Assembly: GCA_050174015.1 (NCBI GenBank)
Contig: JBFXKG010000004.1
Location: 64,001 to 128,000 of the forward strand
Origin: Candidatus Krumholzibacteriia bacterium
GTDB lineage: Bacteria > Krumholzibacteriota > Krumholzibacteriia > LZORAL124-64-63
DNA length: 64,000 bases
Reading direction: 5' to 3'
Shown: positions 20,013 through 30,759 of the stretch, piece after piece
How positions within the stretch are numbered: position 1 is the stretch's first letter
Layout: each line of letters begins with the position of its first letter
Made by a program: the position numbers and the translations under genes
Notes under the pieces: generated by a model
Databases searched by the model: none
The model's input: only the letters and a program-made list of their open reading frames with translations
What the model was told of the DNA's origin: nothing

Positions 20013-22979
20013 ATGCCCGCCCGACTGCGCAGTTCCCTGTTCACCTTCCTGATCTATCTCGCGTTCTTCGCCTCCGGGGCCGCCAGCCTCATCGCCGAGG
20101 TGACCTGGAACCGCATGCTCATCGTGGTGGTGGGCAACAGTTTGAACGCCGCCGCCATGGTCATCGTGATCTTCATGGGCGGACTGGGCCTCGGGTCCTG
20201 GATCGGGGGACGCGCCTTCAGCCGCCGGCAGGTCTCCCTCCGGCCCTACTTCCTGCTGGAGGCTGCCATCGGGCTGTACGTGCTGGCCTCGCCCGTCCTG
20301 TTCGACCTGTTGACGGGCATGTTCGCCGGCCTGGCCGAAACCGTGGATCACCGCACCCTGCTGACGGTGGTGCGCCTCGCGGTCACCATGCTGGCCCTGC
20401 TGCTGCCCGCCACCCTGATGGGCGCCACCTTTCCCGCCATGGTCAGCGGCACCGCGCAGTCCGACGCCTTCCGGCGCACCGCCCGCACCGGCTACCTCTA
20501 CAGCCTCAACACCCTGGGCGCCGCCCTGGGCTGCTTCGCCGCAGGTTACCACCTGCTGCTGGAGCTCGGCGTGCAGACGACCCTGAACATCGCCATGGGC
20601 ATGTACGCCCTGGCGGCCCTGGGCGGCCTGCTCGCCAACTTCCTGCGCGGTCCGGCCGGCGGACCCGCGCAGGAGCCTGCGGCCCCGGCCGCGGAGGGGC
20701 CCGGATCGATTCCCGTGCGGTTCCTCGCCGTCGCCACGTTCCTGGTCGGGTTCGTCTCCCTTGCCTACCAGGTCCTGCTGACCCGCATCAGCATCCTCTA
20801 TCTCGGCAACTCGATCTCCGTGTTCCCCCTGGTCCTGACGGCCTTCCTGCTGGGCACCGGATTCAGCGCCGTCGCCGGCACCTGGCTCTTCGGCGCCCTT
20901 CAGCGCGCCGGCCGCGGGGCCCTGCGCCTGTTCGGCGTCCTGTCGGCGGCGGCAGGAGCCCTGATCATCGCCGCACCCTACGTCCTGCTCAGCGACCTGA
21001 TCACCGGCAAGGGGCACTTCCTGCAGATCGCCGACGCCGCCCCGCGCAACCCCTTGCCCATCCTGGCGGTGCTGATCGGCCCGACCATCTTCATCGGCGC
21101 CCTGCTGCCCGTGGCCATCCGCATCCTCAACGCCCGGGCCGCGGGGGACAACACCCGCGCCGCGGCGAACATCTATTCCCTGAACACCGCGGGGGGCCTG
21201 ATCGGCGCCGGCATCGCCAACCACCTCCTGGTTCCGGCGGTGGGCATGCAGGGCACGCTGCTGCTGCTGACCGGCCTGTGCCTGCTGATCGGCCTGTGGA
21301 ACCTGCTGGACCCCCGCGGCGGAACCCGCCGCCTGCCCGCCGCCGCGGCCGCCGGACTGGGCCTGGCCCTGGTCCTCTTCTTCGCCCTGCCCCACCTGAC
21401 GATCATGTACGCCGAGAAGATCGCGAATTCCACGGACGCGGCCGAGGCCGACATCCGGCTGGTCCACGAAGGCCGCGCCGCCACCGTCACCGTGCTGGAC
21501 ATCAAGGACCGGCGCATGGGCGAGTACCGGGACATGTTCCTCAACGGGGTCGAGGAAGCGTCCACCCGCTTCTGGCACGTCCAGCTCTTCAAGCTGCTGG
21601 GCATGCTGCCGGCGGTGACCCACGAGCGGCAGGAGGACCTGGACGCCATGGTCATAGCCTTCGGCGCCGGCATCACGGCCGGATCGGTGCTGGCCTCGCC
21701 GGCGGTGCGTTCCCTCGACGTGGTCGACCTGAACCCCGATATCGAGGGCATCAACGACCTGTTCACCGAGGTCAACGGCGACGTCTTCCACGACCCCCGC
21801 TTCCACTTCGCCAACGACGACGGCCGCAACTACCTGGTCACCTCGCACAAGAAGTACGACCTGATCGTCAGCGACTCCACTCACCCGCGGGCCTACGACA
21901 GCTGGATCCTCTACACCGAGGAGTTCTACGAGTCCGTGAAGCAGCGCCTGGCCCCCGACGGGATCTTCGCCCAGTGGGTGCCGGTGCTGGGGTCGATGCG
22001 CGGGCAGCTGTTCCGGATCCACCTGAACACCTTCCGCACCGTCTTCCCCACCGCCACCTACTGGTACGTGTACGGCTCGGATCAGGCCTTCCTCATGGCC
22101 ACTCCGGAATCCTACTGGCTGGATGCGCCCACGATCCAGGCCCGCCTGGACCTGCTGCCCGACTGGTTCAAGGCCGAGCACTACCAGATCGACACCGTCA
22201 CCCGCCTGGCGGGGTTCTTCTGGCTGGACGAAGCCGCCATGGCGCGCATGATCGGGCCCGAATCCCGCATCAACCGCGACCACCTGCACTACTTCGACAA
22301 GCAGTCGGCCGTCTTTCCGCTGCCGCCGCAGTTCCAGGCGCCCATGTTCCAGACCTCGATCCTTCCCCACCTCACGGGCGGGGATGCCGACCTGTCCGAA
22401 GCGGTGCGCAGGGAACAGCGGACGGCCCGCCGCCTGGGCAACTTCGCCTACTACGTCAACACCGACGAACTGCACCGGGCCTGGTGCGAGGATCCGGGGA
22501 ACGGCAACGCCGTCTACTGGATGGAGCGGGCCTTCCAGGGCGAACTGCCCGAAGCGGCGTCCTTCTGCGTGGACGTGGAACTGAAGAGCTTCCTCGCCCT
22601 GCTGGAGCAACACCCCGACAACTCCCAGGCCCTGAACGCGGTGGCCGACATCCTGGCCGGCGCCGGGCGCCTGACCGAGGCCCGGGAATACGCCCGGAGG
22701 GCCCTGGATCTGGCCCCGGACGACGGTCCGGTCCTCGACACCTACGGCTGGATTCTGGTCCTCACAGGCGACACCACGGCAGGAATCGCGTACCTGGAGA
22801 AGTCGCTGGCCGCCCTGCCGGGACATCCCATCGTGCTCTACCATCTTGGGGCGGCCCACCAGCGCGCCGGGAACGACTCCGAAGCCCGCGACTTCCTCGA
22901 CCGCGCCCTGGCGAGGGAGAGCGAGCTGCCCTACGCCGCCGAGGCTCGCGATCTGCGGGAGAAGCTCGGGATCCGCTGA
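20013..22979 (+). CDS. Membrane protein fused to a spermidine synthase-like domain with C-terminal TPRs
   Basis: FFASGAASLIAEV and LYSLNTLGAALG membrane repeats; IAFGAGITAG, DDGRNYL, YDLIVSD and LYTEEFY; TPR tail (DTYGW, YHLGAA). Start reassigned to ATG 20013. Confidence 0.85.
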   Translation: MPARLRSSLFTFLIYLAFFASGAASLIAEVTWNRMLIVVVGNSLNAAAMVIVIFMGGLGLGSWIGGRAFSRRQVSLRPYFLLEAAIGLYVLASPVLFDLLTGMFAGLAETVDHRTLLTVVRLAVTMLALLLPATLMGATFPAMVSGTAQSDAFRRTARTGYLYSLNTLGAALGCFAAGYHLLLELGVQTTLNIAMGMYALAALGGLLANFLRGPAGGPAQEPAAPAAEGPGSIPVRFLAVATFLVGFVSLAYQVLLTRISILYLGNSISVFPLVLTAFLLGTGFSAVAGTWLFGALQRAGRGALRLFGVLSAAAGALIIAAPYVLLSDLITGKGHFLQIADAAPRNPLPILAVLIGPTIFIGALLPVAIRILNARAAGDNTRAAANIYSLNTAGGLIGAGIANHLLVPAVGMQGTLLLLTGLCLLIGLWNLLDPRGGTRRLPAAAAAGLGLALVLFFALPHLTIMYAEKIANSTDAAEADIRLVHEGRAATVTVLDIKDRRMGEYRDMFLNGVEEASTRFWHVQLFKLLGMLPAVTHERQEDLDAMVIAFGAGITAGSVLASPAVRSLDVVDLNPDIEGINDLFTEVNGDVFHDPRFHFANDDGRNYLVTSHKKYDLIVSDSTHPRAYDSWILYTEEFYESVKQRLAPDGIFAQWVPVLGSMRGQLFRIHLNTFRTVFPTATYWYVYGSDQAFLMATPESYWLDAPTIQARLDLLPDWFKAEHYQIDTVTRLAGFFWLDEAAMARMIGPESRINRDHLHYFDKQSAVFPLPPQFQAPMFQTSILPHLTGGDADLSEAVRREQRTARRLGNFAYYVNTDELHRAWCEDPGNGNAVYWMERAFQGELPEAASFCVDVELKSFLALLEQHPDNSQALNAVADILAGAGRLTEAREYARRALDLAPDDGPVLDTYGWILVLTGDTTAGIAYLEKSLAALPGHPIVLYHLGAAHQRAGNDSEARDFLDRALARESELPYAAEARDLREKLGIR

Positions 22980-22998
22980 CGGAGGTCCGCGGGCAGGA

Positions 22999-25900
22999 TC
23001 AGCTCCTGTCCGCGGAATCCAGGACCCCGCGCACGGCCGTGAGCAGGCCTTCGGGGCTGAACGGCTTCTTCAGGTACGGCTGGTCCCCCGTCAGGAGGTC
23101 TCGGCCGTCGAGGATGTCCTGCGGATAGCCCGACATGAACAGGAAGGGCGTCCGGTGACCCCGGGTGCGGACGGCGAGCATGAGATCCTGGCCCGACATG
23201 TCCGGCATGACGACGTCCGAAAGGACCAGGTCGGGGCTGCAATCCTCCGCACTCAGCAATTCCAGCGCGGCCAGCGGCCCCTCCGCGAGATTCACCCGGT
23301 ATCCGTTCCGTTCCAGGATGGTGGACGTGATCTGCCCCACCTGCGGATCGTCCTCCACCACCAGGACGGACTCCCGGCCCTTCAGCGTGGCGGGTTCCCG
23401 TTTCTCCTCCGCTTCCGCCCCGGTCTCCGGGCCGGCCACGGGCAGGTAGATCAGGAAGGTCGCCCCGCGGCCCACCTCGGTCTCGACCGTGATGTGGCCG
23501 CCGCATGCGTCGAGGATCCCGACGGTGGTCGCCAGGCCCAGGCCCGTGCCGCGGCCGACGTCCTTGGTCGTGAAGAACGGCTCGAAGATGCGATCCAGGT
23601 TCTCCGGCGGAATGCCCGGGCCGGAATCGGTGATCCCGGTGACGATGAAATCCCCGCCGAACCGCTTGCCGCACCCCCGGCAGACCAGACCCTCCTCCTG
23701 CACCCGCTCGACCTTCAGGGAGATGACCCCTCCCTGGGGCATGGCGTCCCGCGCGTTGACCAGCAGGTTGAAGACCACCTGTTCGAACTGCGAGGGGTCC
23801 GCCAGGACCGGGGGAAGGTCCGCCGGGGTCTCGCAGCGCAGGTCGATCTCCTCGCCCAGCATCCTGCCCAGCAACGCGTGGTTGGACCGGAGCATCTCCG
23901 ACGGCCGCATCAGCACGGAACAGCCCGGCTGCTTGCGGGAATACGTCAACAGCTGCCGGGTGAGGGCCGCGGCCTTGGCCGCGGTCTGGGAGATCATCCC
24001 GATCTCCTTGGCCATCGGGTGGTCCGGGCCGGCATCCAGCTGCATCATTTCCACGCAACCGGTGATCACCGTCAGCAGGTTGTTGAAATCGTGCGCGATG
24101 CCCCCCGCCAGACGGCCCACGGTCTCGAGCTTCCGGGCATGGTTCAGCTGGGCCTCCAGCAGGAGCCGCTCCTCCTCCGCCTCCCGCACCGAGGTGATGT
24201 CCCTCAGGATGGAGACCACGTGATCCTTGCCTTCCATCTGGACGAGATTGCTGGAAAGCAGCAGGAACTGAGGCTTCCCCTCGGCGTCCGGCAACTGGAT
24301 CTCCAGGTTGCGGGCCTTCCCGCTGCGGACCAGCTCGCTGACCAGGACCCGGCGGCCTTCGCCACCCCGCCAGAGGGGCAGGTCCGCCGCATCCATTCCC
24401 GAAAGGGTCTCAAGGTCCATTCCCACCAGCTCCTGGAAGCGGGGGTTGGCGTCCACGAACCTTCCCTCGGGGAAGGAGGTGATGGCGATGCCGTCGGGGC
24501 TGGTCGCGAAGGCCAGCTTGAACCGTTCCTCGATGATCTTGTTCTCCACCAGATCCCAGGCGAGATCGGCCAGCTTCTCCACCAGGCCCAGGTCCCCCTC
24601 GTGGTAGGGGGCCTCCTTGTTCCCCACCACCATCAGGGCGACGACCCTCCCCCTCCGGAAGATGGGGACCGTCAGCTGCCGCACGACCGGAGCATGTCCC
24701 TCGGGCATGCCCTTCCGATCGACCAAGGATTCGAAATCGTTGTATATCAATGACTTGTGCTGGCGCAGGGCGTCCGCCCACACCCCCGCGGTGCGCACCG
24801 GATAGTGGCGTTCCGTGACCGCCGCGGTGCACATGGTCTCGACCGTGTTGGACGACCAGGCCTGCAGGGTGAGGTTCTGCTCGTCCTCGTCGGCGAAGTG
24901 GAAGAACCCGATGCTGCTGCCGGTCAGGGCTTCGACCTCGTCGAGGACCGCCTGCATCAGCCCGGCCAGATCTCGGCCGTGGGACAGGTTTTCCAGCTTG
25001 ACCCTCGCCTCCAGGAGGGTCTGGTTCAGGCGGCGCTCGGAGATGTCCCGGATGAAGGCCATGCCCCGTTCATACCCCGCCCCCAGGTAGGTCACTCCGA
25101 CCTCCACGTCGATCACTCGCCCATCCTTGCGCCGGTGCCTGGTCTCGAAGCGCAGGTAGCCCCTGTCCGCCATTTCCTGCAGGTGCCGTCTCGTATCCTC
25201 GCGGGTCTCGGCAGCGTCGATGTCGCCGATGTGCTTGCCCACCAGCTCGTGGAGGGGATACCCCAGCATGGTCGAAGCGGCCTGGTTCGCGTCGAGGATG
25301 ATGCCCTGCCCGTCGACCAGCCAGAATCCGTCCAGGGCAGCCTCGACGAAGCTGGCGTATTCGCTCTCCCGGGCCAGGCGGTCCGAGATGTCCATCCCGA
25401 CCAGGCCCAGCTGCTGCTTCCCGCCGCCGTCCTTTCCCAGCCGGAACAGGACGGACTCGATGGCCATCCGCCGACCGTCCGAATCGACGTATTGCTCCCG
25501 GAAGGACTGGGGGCGGCCGGTGGAGGCCACGGCCCGGATCCGCTCGTGGACGGCTCCCCGCCCTTCCCGGGTCGCGAGGTCCCAGACGGAATCGGCCTGC
25601 AGGGCCCCGGCTTCGCCGGAAGCCAGACGCCTGGCGGCGGGGTTCTGCTCCCTGATCAGGCCGTCCTCGTCCAGGATCACCATGGGCACGGTCATGTGAT
25701 CAAGGAACCGCCGCCACTGCTGCGACAGCATCTTCAACTCGGCCGAGCGCCGGCGATAGTCGGAGAACAGGGTCGCGTAGGGCTGACTCAACCCCAGCCG
25801 GATGAGGGCGAAATACAGCAAGCCGAAGGAAATGGTCTTGACGACGTGGCCGACGATGCCGGCGACGCCATCGACGTCCGACTTGGCCAGGAAGATGAGC

Positions 25901-26604
25901 TCGGAGAGGACGGAAGCGACCAACGCCAGCCGGAACCCCTGGAAGAGACCCCGGGCGAGTTCCTGCCTCCGCCGGGTCATGAGGACCACGGCTGCCAGCA
26001 GGCCAGCGCTGACCGCGGCCTCCGAAGCCATCTTGAACGGGGTCGGGCCGTGGCCATCCCGCCAGCAGGCCGGGAACGCTTCCCAGTGCAGGATGACCGC
26101 CAGCAGCAGGAGCGCCCCCGCGCTCAGGCCCAGCAGGAAGAGGCGGCTGGAAACCCGCCGGCCCAGGGTGAGCGCGAACAGCAGCCAGCCCCCGGTTTCG
26201 AGGTACCGGGCCCCGACCCACAGCTGGGTCGCCAGATCGGCCCCCTCGTGATTCAGGATCGGTGTCATGCCCTGGTAGCTGAATGCGTGCAGGAGGTGGA
26301 TCAAGCCGACCCAGGCGTAGGCCCCGCTGAGGACCACCAGGGCTTCGTTCCGGATGAACCGGCGGGCGTTCCAGACCAGCATGAACACGCCCCAGGCCAC
26401 CGCCACGGCGACGAGTTCGGCCAGGGTGTGGAACATCAGGAAAGGAAAGGGAGAATCTGCGAGCAGGAGCGTCAGCGTGATCCCCACGCCGGCCAGGCCG
26501 ATGATTCCCAGCCAGGAAAATCCCCGGGTCGGGCCCTGGGGACCGTCCGGTCGGGGTTCCTCACGGCTGATCCTCGGATCCGCCATCTGGGGCGCTTGGG
26601 ACAT
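22999..26604 (-). CDS. Hybrid sensor histidine kinase (MASE3-PAS-PAS-GAF-PAS-HisKA-HATPase-REC)
   Basis: FHTLAE membrane domain, PAS motifs, GAF segment, GGIAHDFNNLL, FFTTK/GTGLGL and a C-terminal receiver (VLVVEDD, SDVVMP). Confidence 0.92.
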   Translation of the reverse strand: MSQAPQMADPRISREEPRPDGPQGPTRGFSWLGIIGLAGVGITLTLLLADSPFPFLMFHTLAELVAVAVAWGVFMLVWNARRFIRNEALVVLSGAYAWVGLIHLLHAFSYQGMTPILNHEGADLATQLWVGARYLETGGWLLFALTLGRRVSSRLFLLGLSAGALLLLAVILHWEAFPACWRDGHGPTPFKMASEAAVSAGLLAAVVLMTRRRQELARGLFQGFRLALVASVLSELIFLAKSDVDGVAGIVGHVVKTISFGLLYFALIRLGLSQPYATLFSDYRRRSAELKMLSQQWRRFLDHMTVPMVILDEDGLIREQNPAARRLASGEAGALQADSVWDLATREGRGAVHERIRAVASTGRPQSFREQYVDSDGRRMAIESVLFRLGKDGGGKQQLGLVGMDISDRLARESEYASFVEAALDGFWLVDGQGIILDANQAASTMLGYPLHELVGKHIGDIDAAETREDTRRHLQEMADRGYLRFETRHRRKDGRVIDVEVGVTYLGAGYERGMAFIRDISERRLNQTLLEARVKLENLSHGRDLAGLMQAVLDEVEALTGSSIGFFHFADEDEQNLTLQAWSSNTVETMCTAAVTERHYPVRTAGVWADALRQHKSLIYNDFESLVDRKGMPEGHAPVVRQLTVPIFRRGRVVALMVVGNKEAPYHEGDLGLVEKLADLAWDLVENKIIEERFKLAFATSPDGIAITSFPEGRFVDANPRFQELVGMDLETLSGMDAADLPLWRGGEGRRVLVSELVRSGKARNLEIQLPDAEGKPQFLLLSSNLVQMEGKDHVVSILRDITSVREAEEERLLLEAQLNHARKLETVGRLAGGIAHDFNNLLTVITGCVEMMQLDAGPDHPMAKEIGMISQTAAKAAALTRQLLTYSRKQPGCSVLMRPSEMLRSNHALLGRMLGEEIDLRCETPADLPPVLADPSQFEQVVFNLLVNARDAMPQGGVISLKVERVQEEGLVCRGCGKRFGGDFIVTGITDSGPGIPPENLDRIFEPFFTTKDVGRGTGLGLATTVGILDACGGHITVETEVGRGATFLIYLPVAGPETGAEAEEKREPATLKGRESVLVVEDDPQVGQITSTILERNGYRVNLAEGPLAALELLSAEDCSPDLVLSDVVMPDMSGQDLMLAVRTRGHRTPFLFMSGYPQDILDGRDLLTGDQPYLKKPFSPEGLLTAVRGVLDSADRS

Positions 26605-26766
26605 CCAGCCAAATCCCCCCTGAACGATAGGAGAAATTGCTTTACTGAAAATCTTTATACAACGATCAGGGGGTAAGATGGAATTAAATTATGGGATTCC
26701 AACAAATTCATCGCATTCCGGTCCTGGTCCGCAGGGAACCGGACCGGATCCGGAACACGGGTGGGT

Positions 26767-26958
26767 CTAGCGGGGAGGCAGGTCGTGGAGATCCTGGAGT
26801 TTCACTGGGTCCTTGCCGGCGAGGGGGCAGCTTTCCGCGGATCCGCAAGTGGAACACATCTTCTTGCTGCGCAAGGACTTGATGAAAGAACGAACGGCCC
26901 AGCCCGCAGCCAGCAGGACGATGATCACCACGACCATGGTATCGATGGACGGTTTCAT
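26767..26958 (-). CDS. FeoB-associated Cys-rich membrane protein
   Basis: [45 protein letters not shown]...; translationally coupled to the feoB stop. Confidence 0.8.
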   Translation of the reverse strand: MKPSIDTMVVVIIVLLAAGWAVRSFIKSLRSKKMCSTCGSAESCPLAGKDPVKLQDLHDLPPR

Positions 26959-29168
26959 CACGGCCCCCCCACGGCCGACCCCAGACCCAGCAGCACCCCT
27001 CCCTGGTAGACCGTGAAGGTCACGATCCAGGCCAGGAGGGTCAATCCCACCGACTGGGCCAGGGCCCATTTCACCGAGCCGGCCTCCTGCCGGGTGATGG
27101 CGAAGGTCGCCACGCAGGGAGTACTGATCAGGGCGAAGAGCATGATACAGAATCCCACAAGCTGCGAATAACGGTCACGCAGGCGGGTCCGCAGATCCTC
27201 GGACGTTTCATCGGCCTCCCCGACGGCGAACACGATCCCCATCTGGGCCACGAAGACCTCCTTGGCCGCCACCGCCCCGACCAGGGCCGTGCCGATCCGC
27301 CAGTCGAATCCGATGGGTTCGATCACCGCCTCGAGGAGGCGTCCCACGCGGCCGGCGATGCTGTAGCTCAGCTCGGCCGACTGGATGGCCGCGGGATCCG
27401 ACAGGTCCCCGAACCGGGTCTCCGATCCGATCGCTGCCCGGTCGAAGCCCTCGGGCACCTTGTAGTCGGCCGGCGGCTTGGGGTAGAAGGTCAGGAACCA
27501 CAGGATGATCGAGGCGCCCAGGATCACCGTGCCCGCCTTCTTGGCGTAGAGCCAGGCCCTGGTCCACATCTGCACCAGCAGGCTGCCCGCCGTGGGGATG
27601 CGGTAGGGGGGCAGCTCCATCAGGAACGGGGTGGTCTCGCCGCGGAACAGGGTGGCCCGCAGGAAGCGCGCCCCCGCAAGCGCCAGGACGATGCCGGTGA
27701 CGTAGATGATCCACAGGGTGGGGCCCTGCCAGCGGGGAGCGAAGAAGGCGGGGATCATCAGGGCGTAGATGGGCAGGCGCGCCCCGCAGCTCATCAGCGG
27801 CAGCACCATCATGGTGATCAGGCGGTCGCGCCGCGTCTCCAGGGTGCGGGTGGCCATGATGGCCGGCACGGTGCAGCCGAACCCGATGAGCAGGGGGATG
27901 AAGCTCTTGCCGTGCAGCCCCACCTTGCTCATGAACCGGTCCATGACGAAGGCGGCCCGGGCCATGTACCCGGTGCCCTCGAGCACCGCGATGGCCATGA
28001 ACAGCAGGACGATGTTGGGCAGGAAGACGATCACCCCGCCCACCCCGCCGATGATGCCCTCGACCAGCAGGGACCGCAGCGGGCTGGCCGTGCCCTCGGG
28101 CCAGAAGCCGCTGATCAGGGCGGCCAGCTTCACGAACCCGTGGTCGATGAGGTTCATGATCGGGTTGCCCAGACCGAAGGTCAGGGTGAAGACGCCGTAC
28201 ATCAGGGTCAGGAAGATGGGCACACCCCAGAGCGGATGCATGGCCCAGCGGTCGATGCGGTCGCTGAGAGTCCTCTCGGACCGGTCGGGGATGCGGAGCA
28301 CGCCGTGGCACAGGCGGCCGATGAAGTCGTAGCGCAGCCTGGCCAGGACCGTGTCGGAGTCCTCCGCGGCCTCCTTGGCGAAGGCCCCGGATTCGGCGGT
28401 GATGCGCGCGCGCACCCCGGGATCTGCGATGGATTCCAGCAGGGCCTCATCCCCCTCGAGCAGCTTGACGGACTGCCAGCGGCGGTGGCGAGCCTCGGGC
28501 AGAAGCTGGCTGACGGTTTCGAGGCGCGCCTCGACGGCGTCTCCGTAGTCCACCCGGTGGTAGCTTCCCCCGGTGGCGACCTGGGTCAGGGAGGCCAGCC
28601 CCGGGCCCGCGTCACGGCACTGGTCGGCCGGACCCGGCAAGGAGATCTGCCGGAAGGCGACCTCGGCCACCGCCGCGATGATGTCGTCCATGCCCTGGTT
28701 GCGGTTGCCCACCGCGGGCACCACCGGCACGCCCAGACGCCGGGCGAGCAGCCCCGCGTCGATGGTCAGGCCCCGGTCGCGGGCGACGTCGGTCATGTTC
28801 AGGACCAGGACCAGGGGCAGCCCGATCTCCATCAGTTCGGTGGTGAGGTAGAGGTTGCGTTCGAGACTGGCGGCATCGAGGACGTTGACCACCACGTCGG
28901 GTTGCTGCTCGATGAGGAAGTCCCGGGCGACCAGCTCCTCCTCCGAGTAGGCGGTCAGGCTGTAGGTGCCCGGAAGGTCGTAGAGCTTGAGGCTCAGATC
29001 ACCCCGCCTGACGGTCCCTTCCTTCCACTCCACCGTGACCCCGGGATAGTTGCCCACTCGCTGGCGGGATCCCGTGAGGTTGTTGAAAATGGTGGTTTTC
29101 CCGGAGTTGGGATTGCCGGCGACCGCCACGGTGATCGTCTTGTCGAGGGTTTTCGTCACGCCTTGCAA
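26958..29168 (-). CDS. feoB: Ferrous iron transport protein B
   Basis: [34 protein letters not shown] and MELPPY motifs. Confidence 0.96.
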   Translation of the reverse strand: MQGVTKTLDKTITVAVAGNPNSGKTTIFNNLTGSRQRVGNYPGVTVEWKEGTVRRGDLSLKLYDLPGTYSLTAYSEEELVARDFLIEQQPDVVVNVLDAASLERNLYLTTELMEIGLPLVLVLNMTDVARDRGLTIDAGLLARRLGVPVVPAVGNRNQGMDDIIAAVAEVAFRQISLPGPADQCRDAGPGLASLTQVATGGSYHRVDYGDAVEARLETVSQLLPEARHRRWQSVKLLEGDEALLESIADPGVRARITAESGAFAKEAAEDSDTVLARLRYDFIGRLCHGVLRIPDRSERTLSDRIDRWAMHPLWGVPIFLTLMYGVFTLTFGLGNPIMNLIDHGFVKLAALISGFWPEGTASPLRSLLVEGIIGGVGGVIVFLPNIVLLFMAIAVLEGTGYMARAAFVMDRFMSKVGLHGKSFIPLLIGFGCTVPAIMATRTLETRRDRLITMMVLPLMSCGARLPIYALMIPAFFAPRWQGPTLWIIYVTGIVLALAGARFLRATLFRGETTPFLMELPPYRIPTAGSLLVQMWTRAWLYAKKAGTVILGASIILWFLTFYPKPPADYKVPEGFDRAAIGSETRFGDLSDPAAIQSAELSYSIAGRVGRLLEAVIEPIGFDWRIGTALVGAVAAKEVFVAQMGIVFAVGEADETSEDLRTRLRDRYSQLVGFCIMLFALISTPCVATFAITRQEAGSVKWALAQSVGLTLLAWIVTFTVYQGGVLLGLGSAVGGP

Positions 29169-29220
29169 TCCCCGGTATGTGAACCGGCCGGCTCGTCAGG
29201 GGAACCGGCCGGCGAGATGT

Positions 29221-29493
29221 TTATTCGACCTCGATCCGGGACGCCATGCCCCGGCCGATGACCACCCGGCTGCCCTTGACGCCGACCACGAAGGGGCCGT
29301 GCCCCGAGTTGCGGATGACTTCCAGCTCGATTCCGGGCAGCAGGCCCATGGCCGCAAGGCGTCCCCGCATCTCGTGCCCGCCGGTGATCGCCCGCAGCAC
29401 CGCCTTGTCGCCCTCGTGAACCATGCTCAAAGGCATCGTCATCCCTTCCGATTCCGGCCCTTCCCGGGCCGCGTCCGCCTTATAGGCTTTCAT
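29221..29493 (-). CDS. feoA: Ferrous iron transport protein A (start may be ~29442)
   Basis: RLAAMGLLPG...GPFVVGVKGSRVVIGRGMA; directly upstream of feoB. Confidence 0.9.
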   Translation of the reverse strand: MKAYKADAAREGPESEGMTMPLSMVHEGDKAVLRAITGGHEMRGRLAAMGLLPGIELEVIRNSGHGPFVVGVKGSRVVIGRGMASRIEVE

Positions 29494-30007
29494 TCTCGTC
29501 CGCCCCGGGACCTTCGAGGGCGTGAGGCCCCCCGCAGGAATCGCGTCCGCAGGTCCCGTCCCCGAGCCCCTTGCCGCAGAAGAAGCCCGCGTCGTCGTCC
29601 CACATCACGTCGTTCAGGGGACACTGCTCGAAGTACTCCACAAACTTCACGAGGCGATCGAGAATCATGCCGTCGATGCTGTGCTCCATGCGGCAGGCGC
29701 CCTCGTCGGCCTCGTCCGCCGGCAGTCCGAGCACCTTGACCAGGAACTTGCTGAGAACCTGGTGCCGCTTGACGACGTCCAGGGCCACGCGGCGTCCCGG
29801 GGGGGTCAGCGTGATCACCTCGTAGGGCGCATAGTTGATCAAATCCTTCTCCGCCAGGGCCCGCAGAGCCTGGGTCACCGAGGAATTGTGGACCCCGAGG
29901 GCCAGGACGATGTCCTTGGCCCGGGCGGCGCCCTTGGCTTCCTCCGTGTGGTAGATGGCCTCGATATAGTCCTCGAGACTGGCGCTGATCTCGACCTTGC
30001 CCGTCAC
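29480..30007 (-). CDS. DtxR/MntR-family metal-dependent transcriptional regulator
   Basis: SLEDYIEAIY, ARAKDI, SSVTQAL and ACRMEH motifs; GTG start at 30007 after a GAGGAGG RBS. Confidence 0.9.
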   Translation of the reverse strand: MTGKVEISASLEDYIEAIYHTEEAKGAARAKDIVLALGVHNSSVTQALRALAEKDLINYAPYEVITLTPPGRRVALDVVKRHQVLSKFLVKVLGLPADEADEGACRMEHSIDGMILDRLVKFVEYFEQCPLNDVMWDDDAGFFCGKGLGDGTCGRDSCGGPHALEGPGADENESL

Positions 30008-30042
30008 GTTGGCGACCTCCTCGGACCCAATGATAACATCGC

Positions 30043-30083
30043 TTTTGTTGTCGGCCAAAAAATTTTTGTTGAAACCAAAATTT
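30043..30083. promoter_or_regulatory. Putative DtxR/MntR operator (tandem imperfect palindromes) at the dtxR-feoAB promoter
   Basis: AAATTTTTGTTGAAACCAAAATTT (30060-30083, 20/24 self-complementary) and TTTTGTTGTCGGCCAAAA (30043-30060), overlapping minus-strand TTGGCC-17-TATCAT. Confidence 0.6.
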
Positions 30084-30135
30084 CGGTTCCAAATTCATTT
30101 CCCGCAAATTTTCGGCAACCCTTCGGCCCCGAACC

Positions 30136-30759
30136 GTGTCAATGTCGGTTGGATGGACGAGGCTGACCCGACACCCCCTGCGGAGATCCGTCTTGCGACC
30201 CGACCAGGACGAAAACGAGCTGATCCGGAGCATCAGGCGCGGAGATCCCGCTGCCGAAAGGGCTCTTTACGAGGACCACGTGGACCGGGTGTACCGCCTC
30301 GCCTTCCGGATGACCGGTGATGCGGCCCTGGCCGAGGACCTGACCCAGGACACCTTCATCCGGGCTTTCGACCGTTTGGAGGATTTCCGGTCCGACGGCC
30401 CCTTCGGAGCCTGGCTGCACCGCATCGCGACCTCGGTGATCTGCTCCGCGCTGCGCAAGCGCAAGCGGATCCTGGACTTCGAGACCGCCCGGGACGATCT
30501 GGCGCATCTGTCGGGAACGGGACCGGACCTCGATCCGGACCTGGGTCGCCGGCTCGACCGGGCGGTCACCCAGCTGGACGACGACCAGCGCCTGGTGCTC
30601 GTCATGCACGACGTCGAGGGTTACACCCACCAGGAGATCGCCGCGGCCATGGGCACGCCCGTGGGCACCGCCAAGGCCCGCCTTTCCCGGGCTCGACAGA
30701 AGCTCCGCGATCTGCTGGCCGGGCCGCTGCGCCAACATGACCTGGAGGCCGAACGATGA
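30136..30759 (+). CDS. ECF sigma-70 family RNA polymerase sigma factor
   Basis: AEDLTQDTF, AWLHRIA, and EGYTHQEIA...GTAKARLSRAR motifs. Confidence 0.92.
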   Translation: MSMSVGWTRLTRHPLRRSVLRPDQDENELIRSIRRGDPAAERALYEDHVDRVYRLAFRMTGDAALAEDLTQDTFIRAFDRLEDFRSDGPFGAWLHRIATSVICSALRKRKRILDFETARDDLAHLSGTGPDLDPDLGRRLDRAVTQLDDDQRLVLVMHDVEGYTHQEIAAAMGTPVGTAKARLSRARQKLRDLLAGPLRQHDLEAER

